A DNA stretch of 64,000 bases from the human T2T-CHM13v2.0 reference genome, Homo sapiens (GCF_009914755.1 NC_060926.1), one strand, 5' to 3'. Positions 14,450 to 27,503 are shown, counted from the first letter of the stretch. The notes: a model not told the origin generated them from the sequence alone. A program made the numbers and translations.

Positions 14450-16250
14450 GGAACCTCACTGTCTCCACTTTTCCCTTTTGCTTTTAGGTCTACGTGATTT
14501 GATTTTTCTAGTTCTTCTTTTAAGACACCTTGACCTGTCAAATACAGAGATCCATAAGTTTAAAATCCCCACTATGGATTCATGGATTTTTTTTTATATA
14601 ATAGCTTTTGCTTTCTATTTTTTAACGAGATGTTACTTGGTTCATAAAAGTTTATGATGTATCTTTATTGTGGATTGTCATTTTGATCAATATAAAATAG
14701 CACTCTCTTATTTGCATTTCTCATGCACTACTAATATGTATTTCTGCTCTCTTTTTGTTTGCATTTTGAGTATAATATTTTCCCACTTCTCTGTTTTGCA
14801 TGTTTCCACTGTATGTTTCTGAAAGAGTATATACTTTGATTTTTTTACATAATCTAAAAATTTTCATCTATTCACAGTAGAATCTCATATGTTGATATTT
14901 GTGGTGAAACTTGTATGTTTAGCATTGTTTCTGTAATATTATTTTGTACTTTGTTTTTATATTTCCTTCCTGTTTCTTTTTCTGAATTTACTTAATTGCT
15001 TAAATATTTTGGTGTATTTTTCTATAGTAATTTGAAAGTTATGTATACCTGTAGAATAAAACAAAATATTTAAAGCAAAAAAAATTCTACCAATTTTAAT
15101 AATTAAATAATATCTATAACTGTACTGAAGTAAGATGAGAAATTTAGGACATTTTTCTTTCTTTCTTTCTTTCTTTGCCTATCTTTTCCTCACCTTAAAG
15201 TTTTGTCAGAATAATTATTTATTTTGGATTTATGTTCTTTTCCTTCAAGAATTATTTTGAATGTTTGCATTTGGCTTTGTATCCATATTCCAAATGATGA
15301 TTTAGACATTAACTATTCCTTCCTGGCTGAGTTACTCATGGCTGTTTCTTTTGTATCACTTCTTTCATTCTCTGGTTCTTGATTTTGACTCATTTCTCGG
15401 TTGATTGGTGGATCTTTTGGGGTAATGTTTTTAAAGCAGAATTACATGAGTTCCTACATGTCTGAAAATGCCTCTTTCTTGACCTATATATGAGCGACAT
15501 CATAGCTATGTATAGAATTTTTTCACAATTGTTGTCACTCGAAATTCAGCAGACATTGCTTCATTGTTTTCTGAAATTTAAAGTTGCACAAGTGAAGTCT
15601 GGGATGACCTGATTTTTCTCTCTCTCTGTTTCTTTCCTACCTAGATACTGAAAATTGTTTTCCTTTATCCTTAAGCCTTGATGAGTCCTTTTATATTAAT
15701 GTTGCCCCTTACATCTGATGGCTGACATCTTCCTTCACATCAGAGAAATTTTCTTCTATTATTTATTTGAGTATGGGTATAGTAAATTATAATTAAATGA
15801 AAATTTAAAATAGAGACTTTAATGAGTCTATAAAAGCTCCATTGACTCAAAATAAGCTCCCTAAATAAATGTTGAATGAATGAATAAGCAAAGAATGGAT
15901 GAGTGAATCTTTTTTCTCCATTTTCTTTGTTCTCTTCTTCTTCCTAACATGGCTTTTATGTCTTCCCCCATCTCCATTAGAATTTTCTTCTGATATCTCT
16001 TAGAAATTTTCAAGCTACTTTCCTTATTTCATTTGATTTTATGTTATTCATGGCTTACACTTTTTAAATTTTACAGTAGTGATTTTTCATATTTTAACCT
16101 TTTCCTTTACAAAAAAATTTTGCAGTTGAGATTTGTTTCTTCTCATGGGTGCAATGAATCTTGTAAAAACTCTAACAAGAGGTATCACATTGTATTTCCT
16201 TTTGTTCTGTTTTCTCTGGTTTCTTGCAGTAACTCTTTTCCAAAGGGAAC
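14450..16250 (-). mobile_element. Degraded L1 fragments
   Basis: T-rich sequence with antisense ORF1/ORF2-like motifs (gtctgaaaatgcctctt, gtatagaatt, gaagtctg). Boundaries uncertain. Confidence 0.45.
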
Positions 16251-16279
16251 GCATCTGTTTAGTTTCCCTGGATTTGTCC

Positions 16280-16850
16280 TTGCAAAGCCAGCCTCTAAGA
16301 TGTCCCTGCAAATTCCCACCTCCTGCCATTCCTGCCCTTCTGTGTTGCCCTCTCTCAATGAACCAGGGCTGATCTGTGAGACCAAGAGTCTCACCATTAT
16401 GTAGAGGTAATGATGCATGACCCTTGATGCTAGGAGGTCACAGAAGACATTGCAGCTTCATCTTTGTGCTCTCGGATCTCTCACTCCCCAGAAAGCCCAC
16501 CACCATGTCATGAGGACACTCAAGCAGTCCTGTGGAGGGATCCACCTGGGAAGGAAATAAAGCCTCCTGCCAATGGCCAGCACCACGTTCCAGCTGTGTG
16601 AGCGAGTCACCTTGGAAGCAGGTCCTCCAACCCACAGAGCCTTTGGATGACTGCAGCCCCAACCAACAGGTCAGAAGACTGCAACCCAATGAGAGTCCTG
16701 GGCCAGGACCACCAAGCCTCTCCCAAATTCCTGACCCACTAATATTGTGAGAGAACATGGTGTTTTATTTTATTATGTTTATTATTGTTTATTATTATTG
16801 TAGGCCACCAAAGTTTGAGGTATTTGTTAGGTGAAAATAAATATCTGATA
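16280..16850. mobile_element. MLT1 (MLT1F/G-like) MaLR solo LTR
   Basis: ccagcctctaagatg...catgtcatgaggacactcaagcag...gatgactgcagcccc...ccaaattcctgaccca...gccaccaaagtttgaggta. Confidence 0.75.
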
Positions 16851-17439
16851 CCATCTCCTTCTTTTGAACTCATTGGCCTTTTCAATAAATGTTTGTTTAC
16901 TTCTGTTTGCTCAGTGTTAGAATTTGACATTGGTTCTGTCAGAGCTTGTGAAGGTTTCTGTTCAAACCTTTCATTCCCAGAGGAGGGAGAAGACAAAAGT
17001 TGAGCTATGCGTTAGCTTTATTTTCCCTGACTGGGGTCTGTGAGGTTCATGGTGAGCAGAGGCTTCTATGGCTTAATGAGCCTGGTGCGGGGTGTCTCAT
17101 CACTGTGTGGAAGGGTTTTCTGAATGGGGATATTTGAACGTCCCTGCTCCACCTAGAAGTGAGCCAGTGAGCTCCCCAGCTCCACTAGCCCTTCCTCTGC
17201 CAGCCATGGGGCCACCGTATGGATGTGCTTTCTCGCTTGCACGGACCTCCCCGGCACCTGCATTGCCTCTCCCGGGTGCTGCCACAGGCCCCAGGGATTT
17301 CATGGTGTAGGACATTTGAGAGCCAAATGCCCCTTTCCTTCACTGAAGCCCATCATCCAACTAACTCTCCAGACCACATAGTTTAAATTATGTTCTTGAC
17401 TGAAGTATTAGGGACACCATCAGGAGCAGTAACCAAACA

Positions 17440-18140
17440 GGAAGAACACACTTGGGGCATAATTTGGCATCATCTTTTACAGCTGAACACATACACATCC
17501 TACAAGCTCCTTCTAAAGAAACTAGAATTTGTTCATCAAGAGGTAAGAATGCTCACAGCAGCACTGTTTATGGTAGAAAAAAACTGAAGACAAGCAAATA
17601 TTCATTAACTGTAGAATGGATAGATAAATCCAAGTATTTTTATTATAGATGGTGGGTTATTATACAGTAGTGAAAAAATGAACCACAACTCCACATGTCA
17701 ACATGGAGGAATCTCAACACTCACAACGTGGTGCAGAAGAAGCAAGTGAAAGAAAAACGATTCCATTTATAAAATGGCAAGAGTCCCGGCACTTTAAGAG
17801 GCTGAGGCCCTTGAGACCAGAAGTTCGAGACCAGCCTAGGCAACACAGCAAGACTCTGTCCCACAGAAATAAAATAAAATAGCAGGCAACATGAAATATT
17901 CTTTTGCTTAAGGCTGTATTCCAAGGTGGGAAACTGAGTGATAAACTCGAAATTGGGAGGCCTCAGAAGTTGGGAAGACGCAACCAAAGAGAGCTGTTCT
18001 GGGCAGGTGCAAGGCCTGGCAGAGTTAATTTTCTCATCCTGAGAAATTGCTTCATTGGGTATTGAAACAGAAGAAAAAACAGAGTATTTGCTTCATTGTT
18101 ATTCCTTAACCTGTACACATACAATGTAACAAGTTGAAAA
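17440..18140 (+). mobile_element. Old L1 3' fragment containing an Alu monomer fragment (17785-17882)
   Basis: aagaatgctcacagcagcactgttt...gtagaatggatagataaat; Alu-like gaccagaagttcgagaccagcct. Confidence 0.6.
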
Positions 18141-18416
18141 AAAAGATCCTAATCAGCTTCTAGACTCAGATCTTCACAATGCCTGTGTCCTCTAGGCTAG
18201 ATGTTGGTTCTCCCCCTTCTCCCTCTTTTGAGTCTCAAGCAACTGTCCCTCCCTGTGCCAGAAAATCCCACCCCTGCCCTAGAGGAGCCATGTTAACCAG
18301 TTCTTCCAGGGTCCTCAGTCTCCAGAAGCCCCTGTGGCCAGCCAGATTGGCACCAGATTGGCGTCTCTTGGGCCTGTGGTTCACTCCTCCCTGGACTGCC
18401 TTGAACACCAGGCAGT

Positions 18417-19505
18417 TGTTGTGGGAAGTCAGGGACCCTAAACCGAGGGACTGGCTGAAGCCATGGCGGAAGAACATAAATTGTGAAGATTTCATGGACA
18501 TTTATTAGATCCCTAAATTAATACTTTTATAATTTCTTATGCCTGTCTTTACTGCAATCTCTGAACATAAACTGTGAAGATTTCATGGACACTCATCACT
18601 TCCCCAATCAATACCCTTGTGATTTCCTATGCCTGTCTTTACTTTAATCTCTTAATCCCGTCATTTTCGTAAACTGAGGAGGATGTATGTCGCCTCAGGA
18701 CCCTGTGATGATTGCGTTAACTGCACAAATTGTTTGTAGAGCATGTGTGTTTGAACAATATGAAATCTGGGCACCTTGAAAAAAGAACAGGATAACAGCA
18801 ATGTTCAAGAAACAAGAGAGATAACCTTAAACTCTGACCTCCGGTGAGCTGGGCGGAACAGAGCCATATTTCTCATCTTTCAAAAGCAAATGGGAGAAAT
18901 ATCACTGAATTCTTTTTCTCAGCAAGGAACATCCCTGAGAAAGAGAATGCGTCCCTGAAGGTGGGCCTCTAAAATGGCCCCATTAGGTGCGGTCGTCTTT
19001 TATGGTCGAGCTGTAAGGATGAAATAAACCCCAGTCTCCCATAGCGCTCCCAGGCCTATTAGGAAGAGGAAATTCCCGCCTAATAAATTTTTGGTCAGAC
19101 CGGTTGTCTGATCTCAAACCCTGTCTCCTGATAAGATGTTTATCAATGACAATGCGTGCCCGAAACTTCATTAGCAATTTTAATTTCACCCGGGTCCTGT
19201 GGTCCTGTGATCTCGCCCTGCCTCCATTTGCCTTGTGATATTCTATTACCCTGTGAAGTACGTGATCTCTGTGACTCACACCCTATTCCTACACTCCCTC
19301 CCCTTTTGAAAATCACTAATAAAAACTTGCTGGTTTTGCGGCTTGTGGGGCATCACAGAACCTACCGACAATGTGATGTCTCCCCCCGACGCCCAGCTTT
19401 AAAATTTCTCTCTTTTGTAGTCTGTCCCTTTATTTCTCAAACTGGCTGATGCTTAGGGAAAATAGAAAAGAACCTACGTGAAATCGGGGGCAGTTTCCTC
19501 CGATA
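18417..19505 (+). mobile_element. MER11 solo LTR (HERV-K11/HML-8 family), full length
   Basis: Starts TGTTGTGGGAAGTCAGGGACCC and ends GAAATCGGGGGCAGTTTCCTCCGATA. Has the internal repeat gaacataaa(t/c)tgtgaagatttcatggaca and AATAAA at ~19318. Perfect 6-bp TSD GGCAGT at 18411-18416 and 19506-19511. Confidence 0.9.
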
Positions 19506-22500
19506 GGCAGTAAATTACCTCTTGTGCATGAACTCCTTGGAGTGAGGAATATATCATTTGCAAGGACAAATGCAAGGAGAGGGCCCATTCTGACCTGTGT
19601 GAGAAGGTCTGAGAATTTTATGTACATCCTTCGAGTGGCTGGTTTCAGAGCGGGAGATGCATTCACTGACTCAGCACTCACATGGGTGAGTCAGCAGACA
19701 CCGGCCTGGGGGCCAAGAAAGCCAGGCTCTACAAAACAGTTCTACAAAACAAGCCAGTTGGCCATAAGGAGGTCACTTTTACTTTCTGGGACTCAGTTGC
19801 TTCTTCTGTTCAGTGGGATATTTGGACCAAGTGAAGTTCACATCCATTTTAACCCCACGGTCCCTGTTGTTATGCATTCACGGAGTGCAAGGGTCCCCAA
19901 GGAGCATAAAGAGGTGGCACTCCCCTTGAGAAAGCAGGGCCACTCACAGCACATAATCAGAGAGCACTGAGGAAGGTCAACTCAAGGCCAAAATCCCTCG
20001 CGCAGAGACACGGACCACAGGTGCTGAGAAGAGTTGCCCACTGAAGCTGGGCTTGGGAGCACACGTGAACTGGGGTGGAAACAGGCGGTGTCCCCCTGGC
20101 CTCACAGTCCTGTGAGCTCACAGAGGCTCTTCCGGCCTATTTTGGGCATGGGCCTGGAAGGCGCAGCTGGAACCAAGGGTGAGACTGGAACCAAGCTGGA
20201 GAGAGGTGAGACTCGAGAGTTTAGATCTGAAAGCCCACGGGCAGGCTGAGCGCAGAAGCAGGCCAGCAGCGAATGGGGAATCTGTGGAGCTCAGTGGAGT
20301 CAGATTTCTGGCTGGGTGCTGTGTCCACTCCCCTGGGTGGGGCCCTTTTGCTGGATGTCGGAGTTAAGTGTGACCATCAGACACTCCCCAGTGGCTGAAT
20401 GTCCAGTCTGTAGACAAAGCTTAGCAGTGTTCTGCCACCAGGCCTATGTCCCTCCCCAGCAGCTATGCTGGGTTGACTCCAGCCAGTGAGCTGATGAAAC
20501 CCAAGTCTGAGAATACTGGCTGCTCTGTGCCATCTGCCCCGCTCCATCATCCTTGCAACTGGTGGGGTAAGATGGTTGGTCCAGGATTGGGTGGTTTGTG
20601 GCTGGGCCAAGAAAGGGAGGTGGGAGTTAGGGGTTGACTTGCCCCAAACTGACCCCCTGTGACCTGGCGTCTCAGAGAGAGAGCTGGCCTCCTGCAGGGC
20701 TCCCCCAAAACTAGCCTCAGCCTGGTGCTGAGGCCTGAGGACCAGGGCAACCAGTCCTGGAAGAAGGTAGCAGAGATGGAGCGGGTGTCCCATGCTGAGA
20801 GCTGCAGCAGCCTGGCCCCATCAGAGGCAATGGACAGATGCTTTCCTATCCATGCAGCCTACGAGCCCCACAGTCTCAGTCCTTCCAGGCTCTGATTTCT
20901 GGCCCTGCTGGGTCCCTGCATGCTGCCCTAATGAGACCAGCAATGAGGACTCGCAAAGCCCAGCTGTCCCTGTCTCTGGAATTTCCCAGTAATCAAATGC
21001 CCCCGAAAGCCCAGTGAGTGTGTGCAGCCGGGTCACATTTTCGTTTGCTTGACAGGAGGGGAAAACACGTTTCCCTGTGGGACATTGTCTGCCCTGGGTT
21101 GGACTGAATCTTTGTTACTGAGACACCAGTTCTGCTAGTCCCCCACCTAAGTCCCCTCAGGTCTGTCATGACCCTCAACTTCCAACCCCTGGGAGGATGG
21201 CTGGCAGGGGAATGAGGCTCACCAGGAGCCGGGGCTTCCTCAGGCGTGCAGTTAGGAAGGCCAGAACCACAGCCGGAGCTGCAAATGCCCCCCAGATCAG
21301 CAGGCCTAGCATCCCAGGCTGGCCTGGTGGAGGCTCCCCAACCCTCCCAGCCATCTGGGAAGGCCCCCTCTCTCCAGGTCCTCATGGTGAGGCTGACAGT
21401 CACATGCCCCCACCCCCACCCAACAGAGCAGGCACAAAACCCCACCAGCTAATCTAGTCACCCCTCCCCACTCACAGCCAATCGTTCTTCTGTGGGGTTG
21501 CATGAGGACCAGAGAGAGAAGTCCCCCTTCCACCAGGGCTGCACAGACAGGGCAGCCCATGGCCCACCAGTGTCCTCCCCACTCAGAATGGAGCCAGACA
21601 GAGACATTTGAGGACCAAGAGATAAAGCCAGATCGAGCACCTGGGGGGCTCCCATTTGAAACCAGGAGCTGGCACTGCCTGAAGCGGGAGCCCCTGATGG
21701 ACTCGGCGGCTCTGAGCCAGTGAGGACTTGTTTCCAGTTCCTTGTCTTGACTGACGGCAAGCGCCCAGGCCTTTGCTCTCCATAGCTGCCGCTGTATTCC
21801 CCAGCCTCACCCTCCTCAGTCCTCCACGCAGCACCTGCGGCTCTGCAGCCCTGGGCCAACACCATGAGGACCTGGGTCCTGGACTGGCTGTTGGACAGCT
21901 CCGAGGCAGAGGCCCAGAATTGGCTGCTGGGGCACCTCCCATTCCCAGGAGAGTGGGTTGCCCTGGAGCAAGGCTGCCTGGCCTCCTCAGGGAGACCCCA
22001 GCCCCTGTCTCAGGAATGCAACTTTCTGTGACAAGCCCACTCCATGGCACAGACTCCAAGCCCTCGCTCCCTGCCCAGACGCTTCGCTGGCTGAGATTGC
22101 CCGCGCTCTGCTTTCTGCACACTGCACAGCGCTTCGGCTCCTTAGCTTGAAGGTTTGTGATATTTCTTGTTGGAATAAAATGCCAAACCAGAACTAACGG
22201 TGGGACAAAGTGAGCTGTTAGGAAATGCCTCTTTGAGCCACAGCACAAAAATTAGCACAGCATTTCCAATTTTCTTGTGAATTGAGGAAGCAGGCACCTG
22301 CGAGGTCCCGTGTGGGGTGGGAGGGCCAGGGGTGGCTCTAAGCCAGCACTGAGGGGAGCAATTCATTCAGTCACCAAGTGGGCCTGAGCACACACATGGC
22401 TCATGTCAGCTCAGGCTGGGGAGAAGACCAGAGCAGAGGGCCTCGCCTGTGGTTTGAAGCCCAGGTGCCAGAGGCTGGCGTATCCAGGACAGAGGCCCGT

Positions 22501-23303
22501 GCCCCTTGCTCTCGGGGAAGATCTGCCCAGGAGCAAGATGCCCAGAAGTGAGATTCTGAGTGCTCCTCCAGCCGCAGCCCCTCGGCGTGTTGTGACAGGG
22601 AGGGGCCGAGGCTGGGGAAACCAGTCAGCCACTCTCTGTGAGTCAAGCCTTTGGCAGGCGGCCCCCAGCCCCAGGGCATCTCTGACTCAGCCTGCTGACT
22701 GACAGACTAGGAGCTCTATGGACAGGAGGCAGTGAAAGTGCCGGGAAAGGGTGGCACCGAGGGCAGAAAAGGCTCTCAGCTTCCCCAGAGAACTTGAATT
22801 GAGCTCCCTTCGAAGCCTGGCCCTGGGGCACCCTCCACTCCTCTCTCTCCTCCTCCTGGCACACCCCCTCTGTCTGAGAGCCTGAGCCTGTGAGTGCAGC
22901 CTGAGGGGCAGAGAAGCACACTTCTCAGTCTCTGGCAAGTGAGCAGCCCAGCGGCCCCCCTACTCCAGGGCAGACATCATCCTGCCCTCCAGAGGACCCG
23001 GCCCTCCAGTGAGGGTGGGGCTGATGCTGAAGGCTGAGGAAAGATCACTTCCTGGCCTTCAGCCCTTCCACACCCTCTCATGGGCCCCACCCCACTACAA
23101 GTTCTCTCCAAGCACTACTCAACACAGGCTTGGGGCCAGCCCTGACCCCCAGGTCGTTTTCTTAAGCATGTGTGCCTCATGGCCTTCCCCCACCCTGTAG
23201 AGTGCTGCAGGTTTGGCCCCTCAGGCCACACATGCTCATTTCTCCAGTTTGAGCCCGCACTTGCCCTGACTCTTCTCTATGTTCTCTCCCTCCTCCCAGC
23301 CTC

Positions 23304-23345
23304 CCAGGCACTGTCCCCAGCCTGCCAGGCACTGTCCCCAGCCTG
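23304..23345 (+). repeat. 21-bp exact tandem duplication
   Basis: ccaggcactgtccccagcctg twice. Confidence 0.9.
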
Positions 23346-23699
23346 CCACTGCCAAGGAGCCCCCAGGAGCACCCTCAGCCCCAGGGCCACCTGCAGGCCA
23401 GAACAGGGGCTGCAGGAAGCTGCACTTCTTCCGGCTTTCTCAGGGCCCAAGGAGGGGCCTGCTCTGTCCCCTTGTTCAGCTCCTTCTCTGCCAGCCCTAC
23501 AGGAAGGAAAGGAGGCCACGCCTCACAGCTTGTGCCCCAATCTGGAGCTTCTGCACCCGTGCCCCAGGTCCATGGGGCCCCACCCTTACTTGTCTTCACT
23601 CTGAGCCTGGAGAGGCCCAGGACTTCCAGAAAGCTGCAGGCCAGGACCCTCAGCAGCTCCTCCCCATTCTGGGAGAAAGCCCCAAGACAGCCTCTGAGA

Positions 23700-23790
23700 C
23701 GACTCTGACTTTCTAGCTGTGGAACGTTGGGCAAGTCACTTAGCACTCAGAGCCTCAGTTTCCTCACATGCAAAAAGGGATAATCGAGCC
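23700..23790 (+). mobile_element. MIR SINE core
   Basis: ttgggcaagtcactt...gagcctcagtttcctca. Confidence 0.75.
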
Positions 23791-23860
23791 TGGGATATAG
23801 TAGAATGATGAATCAAAATACTCTCTTATTAGTTACTATTACTGACAGTTGGTCTGTTTT

Positions 23861-24158
23861 GACTCACACCTGTAATCCCAGCACTTTGGGAGGCTGAGGT
23901 AGGAGGATCACTTTAGGCCAGAAGTTTGAGACCAGACTGGGCAACATAGTGAGAACCCATCTCTACTGAAAATTTTAAAAATTAGCTGGGCATGTGGCAC
24001 ACGCCTGTGTTTCCAGCTACTCAGGGGGCTGAGACAGGAGGATCGCTTAAACCCAGGAGGTTGAGGCTGCAGTGAGCCATGATCATGCTACTGCACTTTA
24101 GTCTGGATGATAGAGTGAGACTCTGTCTCTTAAAAAAAAAAAAAGAAAAAAAAGAAAG
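23861..24158 (+). mobile_element. Alu (AluJ-type)
   Basis: Dimeric Alu, slightly 5'-truncated, with A tail. Confidence 0.9.
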
Positions 24159-24545
24159 AAATACTTGAGGTTGGGTAATTTATAAAGGAAAGAGGTTTAC
24201 TTGGCTCATGGTTTTGCAGGCTGTCCAGGAAGCATGGCGCCAGCATCTGCTCGGCTTCTGGGGAGGCCCCAGGGAGCTTTCACTCATGGCAGAAGGTGAA
24301 GTGGGAGCAGGCGTGTCACACGGTGAGGGAGGGAGCAAGAGGTGGGGCCGGCTCCTTTTTAAACAACTGGATCTTGCATGAACTCGGAGAGTGAGAACTC
24401 ACTCATTGCCACAAGGAGGGCACCAAGCCATTCACAAGGGATCTGCCCCTGTGACCCCAACACCTCCCACCAGGCCCCACCTCCAACACTGGGGGTTACA
24501 CTTCAACATGCCATTTGGAGGAGACACACATCCAAACCATACCTC
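24159..24545. mobile_element. MST (MSTB-like) MaLR LTR
   Basis: gggtaatttataaaggaaagaggttt...catggcagaaggtgaag...cacctcccaccaggccccacctccaacact...catccaaaccata. Confidence 0.85.
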
Positions 24546-25539
24546 TGACCTAAATATAGAGCACTGATTCTGAACCTTAACTGATGATAACATCCCTGGA
24601 CCCCTTTTGAAAGTGATGGAAGCTATGAACTCTCACCTCCAAGAAGGCACAAAAATAAAACTCGTAAATACAATACAGGTGCAAAGACCTCCGAGGGTGC
24701 AAAGGCCTCCTGAGGCCATCCAGGAATCCCAGGTTCATGGCCATCTGGGTCATATCCACTTTGGGGCTCTTACGAGCACTCCTGGACTTCCACACGTGGG
24801 AAGGGGATGCAGGGTCATTTGAGGATGGAATAGCGAGGTCAGCTTGATGTGCTTCTGCCGAAGCATTTTCCAGAGCTGTTCACTGTTTTCTACACCCATC
24901 GAGTGTGAGGAGCACTTACTGTGGCTGCACTTTTCACCTTTTGCCCCCTTCATGCATTCCTGTGTTCTTCTCACAAGGGCCAGCGTTGGACCCACAGACC
25001 GCAACACTGTGCTGGGAGGAGGGGCGAGCCCTTTGCAGGCTCCTGGAGACTTTCATCAGGAGTTCGCCACTGTCCAGCAAGGGCCTGCTGGGCAGCAGAC
25101 ACTGCTTAATTACATTGTCTCATTTAACCCCGTCCAGTGTTCTTCAACACTGAAATGATTCTCCTGCGTGGTGGATAAGAAAACTGAGGCGGATACACCA
25201 AGTTCTTTGCTTAATAGAGGGAACAGGCTTTAGGTCACACCAGACACAAGGAACATATCTACAGCCAGAGAATTAGAGACCACCAGATGAGATGCCAGGC
25301 CTTGGCAGGGAACTCAAAAGTGGCAAGAATTAGGGTGGCTTGTGAAGAAGTGAGAGCTGGTGGTCTTTTAGACAGGCCACGTATATAGGGCCATGTGAAA
25401 AAAAATGGAACATCTTCCTACAGGAAGCCGTACCTGATTTACTCTATCCCACATGAATAATTTCTCTGCTTTGCCTTCCTGGTTATGCACTCAATTTATG
25501 TTGAAACTTTTTGGGTTGAGTTTTATAAATATCATTGAT

Positions 25540-25940
25540 ACCTGGAGCGGACACTTAAGGCATGATCCGTCTCTCTAGCCACCCCACCTCTCCGCTGCCT
25601 TGTTTGTGCTGAATGATCCTGTCTCCTGGGACGGAGCTAACTAGCCTGGAGGAGAACACAGCTGGACCAATCAGATGCACTCTTCTGAGAAACCGAAGTG
25701 GGAGACTGGGAGATCCACCGCCAACAAGCCACTGGAGCTGAGTCACATTGATGAGAAGGCAACACCACAATCTCCCATTACTGGGGTCTCCAGGGCAAAC
25801 CACTTTCTATGGCTTTGAGTTTGGGTCTTCCTTGGAGTCCATGAGACATCCAGAGTCCTCCCAATAAATTCCTTTTGGTGCTGAAGCTACTGCTATTTAG
25901 TCTCCTTTACTTGGAATTGAAAGACTCGGAACTGATCTAA
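25540..25940 (+). mobile_element. Ancient ERVL-type LTR remnant (LTR16/LTR33-like)
   Basis: ggaccaatcaga, aataaattcctttt...ttacttggaattgaaaga...actga 3'-end pattern. Confidence 0.4.
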
Positions 25941-27200
25941 CTTTGGAGCAGGAAGGAAGCTCACATCCACCTCCTCACTTTTCAGATGAGAGAACCGAGG
26001 CCCAGAGAAGAGAGTCATTGATCGAGCACCTCACAGGTAGAGGACGTCAGAGACTGGACTGGACCGCCATCCCCAGATGCCCTGTGCAATACCCACAGTG
26101 TCAACTCTGAGGATCACAGCAGGGCTCCCCACACCTGCCTCCTCCAACAGCAGGAATCTCTCAGAGGGAGCTGGGTTAGGCAATGAAAGAGGCGCGGTGG
26201 GAAAGAGGCCTGGGGAAGAGGCTTGGAATAGCTAAGTGTGGCGTCAAGTACATATTTGTACTTAGAAGTTTGTAATGCTTTTATAACCAACCCATGCCCT
26301 AACTGGGGTTTCAAGTTATTCATGGGTTGTGGAACTCAATCAAGACTTGAAATATGAAATTAATAAAGAAGAGCCACCTGGCTGGTGACAGGCAATGATA
26401 TGTGGGTTGTGTCTTGAGTTGACACCACAAGTTCGGCATCTGTTGGTGTGAGCCACCCACCCTTGGGAGGTGTCACCAGGTGACAGCCCTCCAAGAAGGG
26501 GTTAACGCATCTTTTCCAGCCCCCTAGCAGGCTGTAAACAACAACAAGCAGGTCAGAACTTGAGGATAACTTTTCATTCTTGCTATCAGCCCCAAAGGAT
26601 ATCCCAATTTTTTGGATGAACTGAGATTTGGCCTGATGAACCTTTGCTTGGGATGAAGGTACCTTTGGGTAGGACCTGGAAGTTTAGTTGGAAAGTGTGT
26701 GGTGATAGGATTGGGCTGGCCCATGCCCCTTCTCTTCATTCTCTTATCTCTTAATCCATTCAAAGGGATGAAAAACTGGAAAACTGGTTCTAAAACCTGG
26801 AATGGGGAATAAATAAGGGAAAGAAGGGGATAAAGAGATGAGAAAGTGTCTGTGGAGTTGACTTGTAAGGTAAACCCTCCACATAGGAAGGGTTGACACT
26901 GCCTCTCTGAGAAGAGGCAGCAAGTCCCAGACACAATCCACACCCACCCGTTGGCCTTTTCTGTCACTAATAGAAATCATTGGGCCACATCTGACTTAAC
27001 TTCACTCTTTTTCTCCACTCTCTCTTCAAACTGGTGGAGGACCTTGGGGGACTTTCCAATTCTGGTTTTTCTTAAAGCAGAAAGACAGCAAACCACACAG
27101 GTCAGCTGCAATCCTCTGTACATCTCGACACCTCTGTCTGCATTCAGGACCCCACATATGAAATTCAGCCCTGCTTTGATTTCTTGTAATTCAACAGATG

Positions 27201-27503
27201 GGCCTGGCATGGTGGCTCACACCTGTAATCCCAGCACTTTGGGAGGCCGAGGAAGGAGGATGGGTCGAGCCTAGGAGTTTGAGACCAGCCTGGCCAACGT
27301 GGCAAGACTCCATCTCTACAAAAATTGTAAAAATTAGCCAGGCATGGTGGCACACACCTGTAGTCTCAGCTATTCAGGAGGCTCAGGAGGAAGGGTCACT
27401 TGAGCCCAGGAATTCAAGGCAGCAGTGAGCTGTGACCACACCACTGCACTCCACCTTGGATAACAAATTGAGATCCTGTCTCAAAACAAAACAAAACAAA
27501 ACA
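27201..27503 (+). mobile_element. Alu (AluJ-type) with (CAAAA)n tail
   Basis: Dimeric Alu consensus. Confidence 0.9.
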
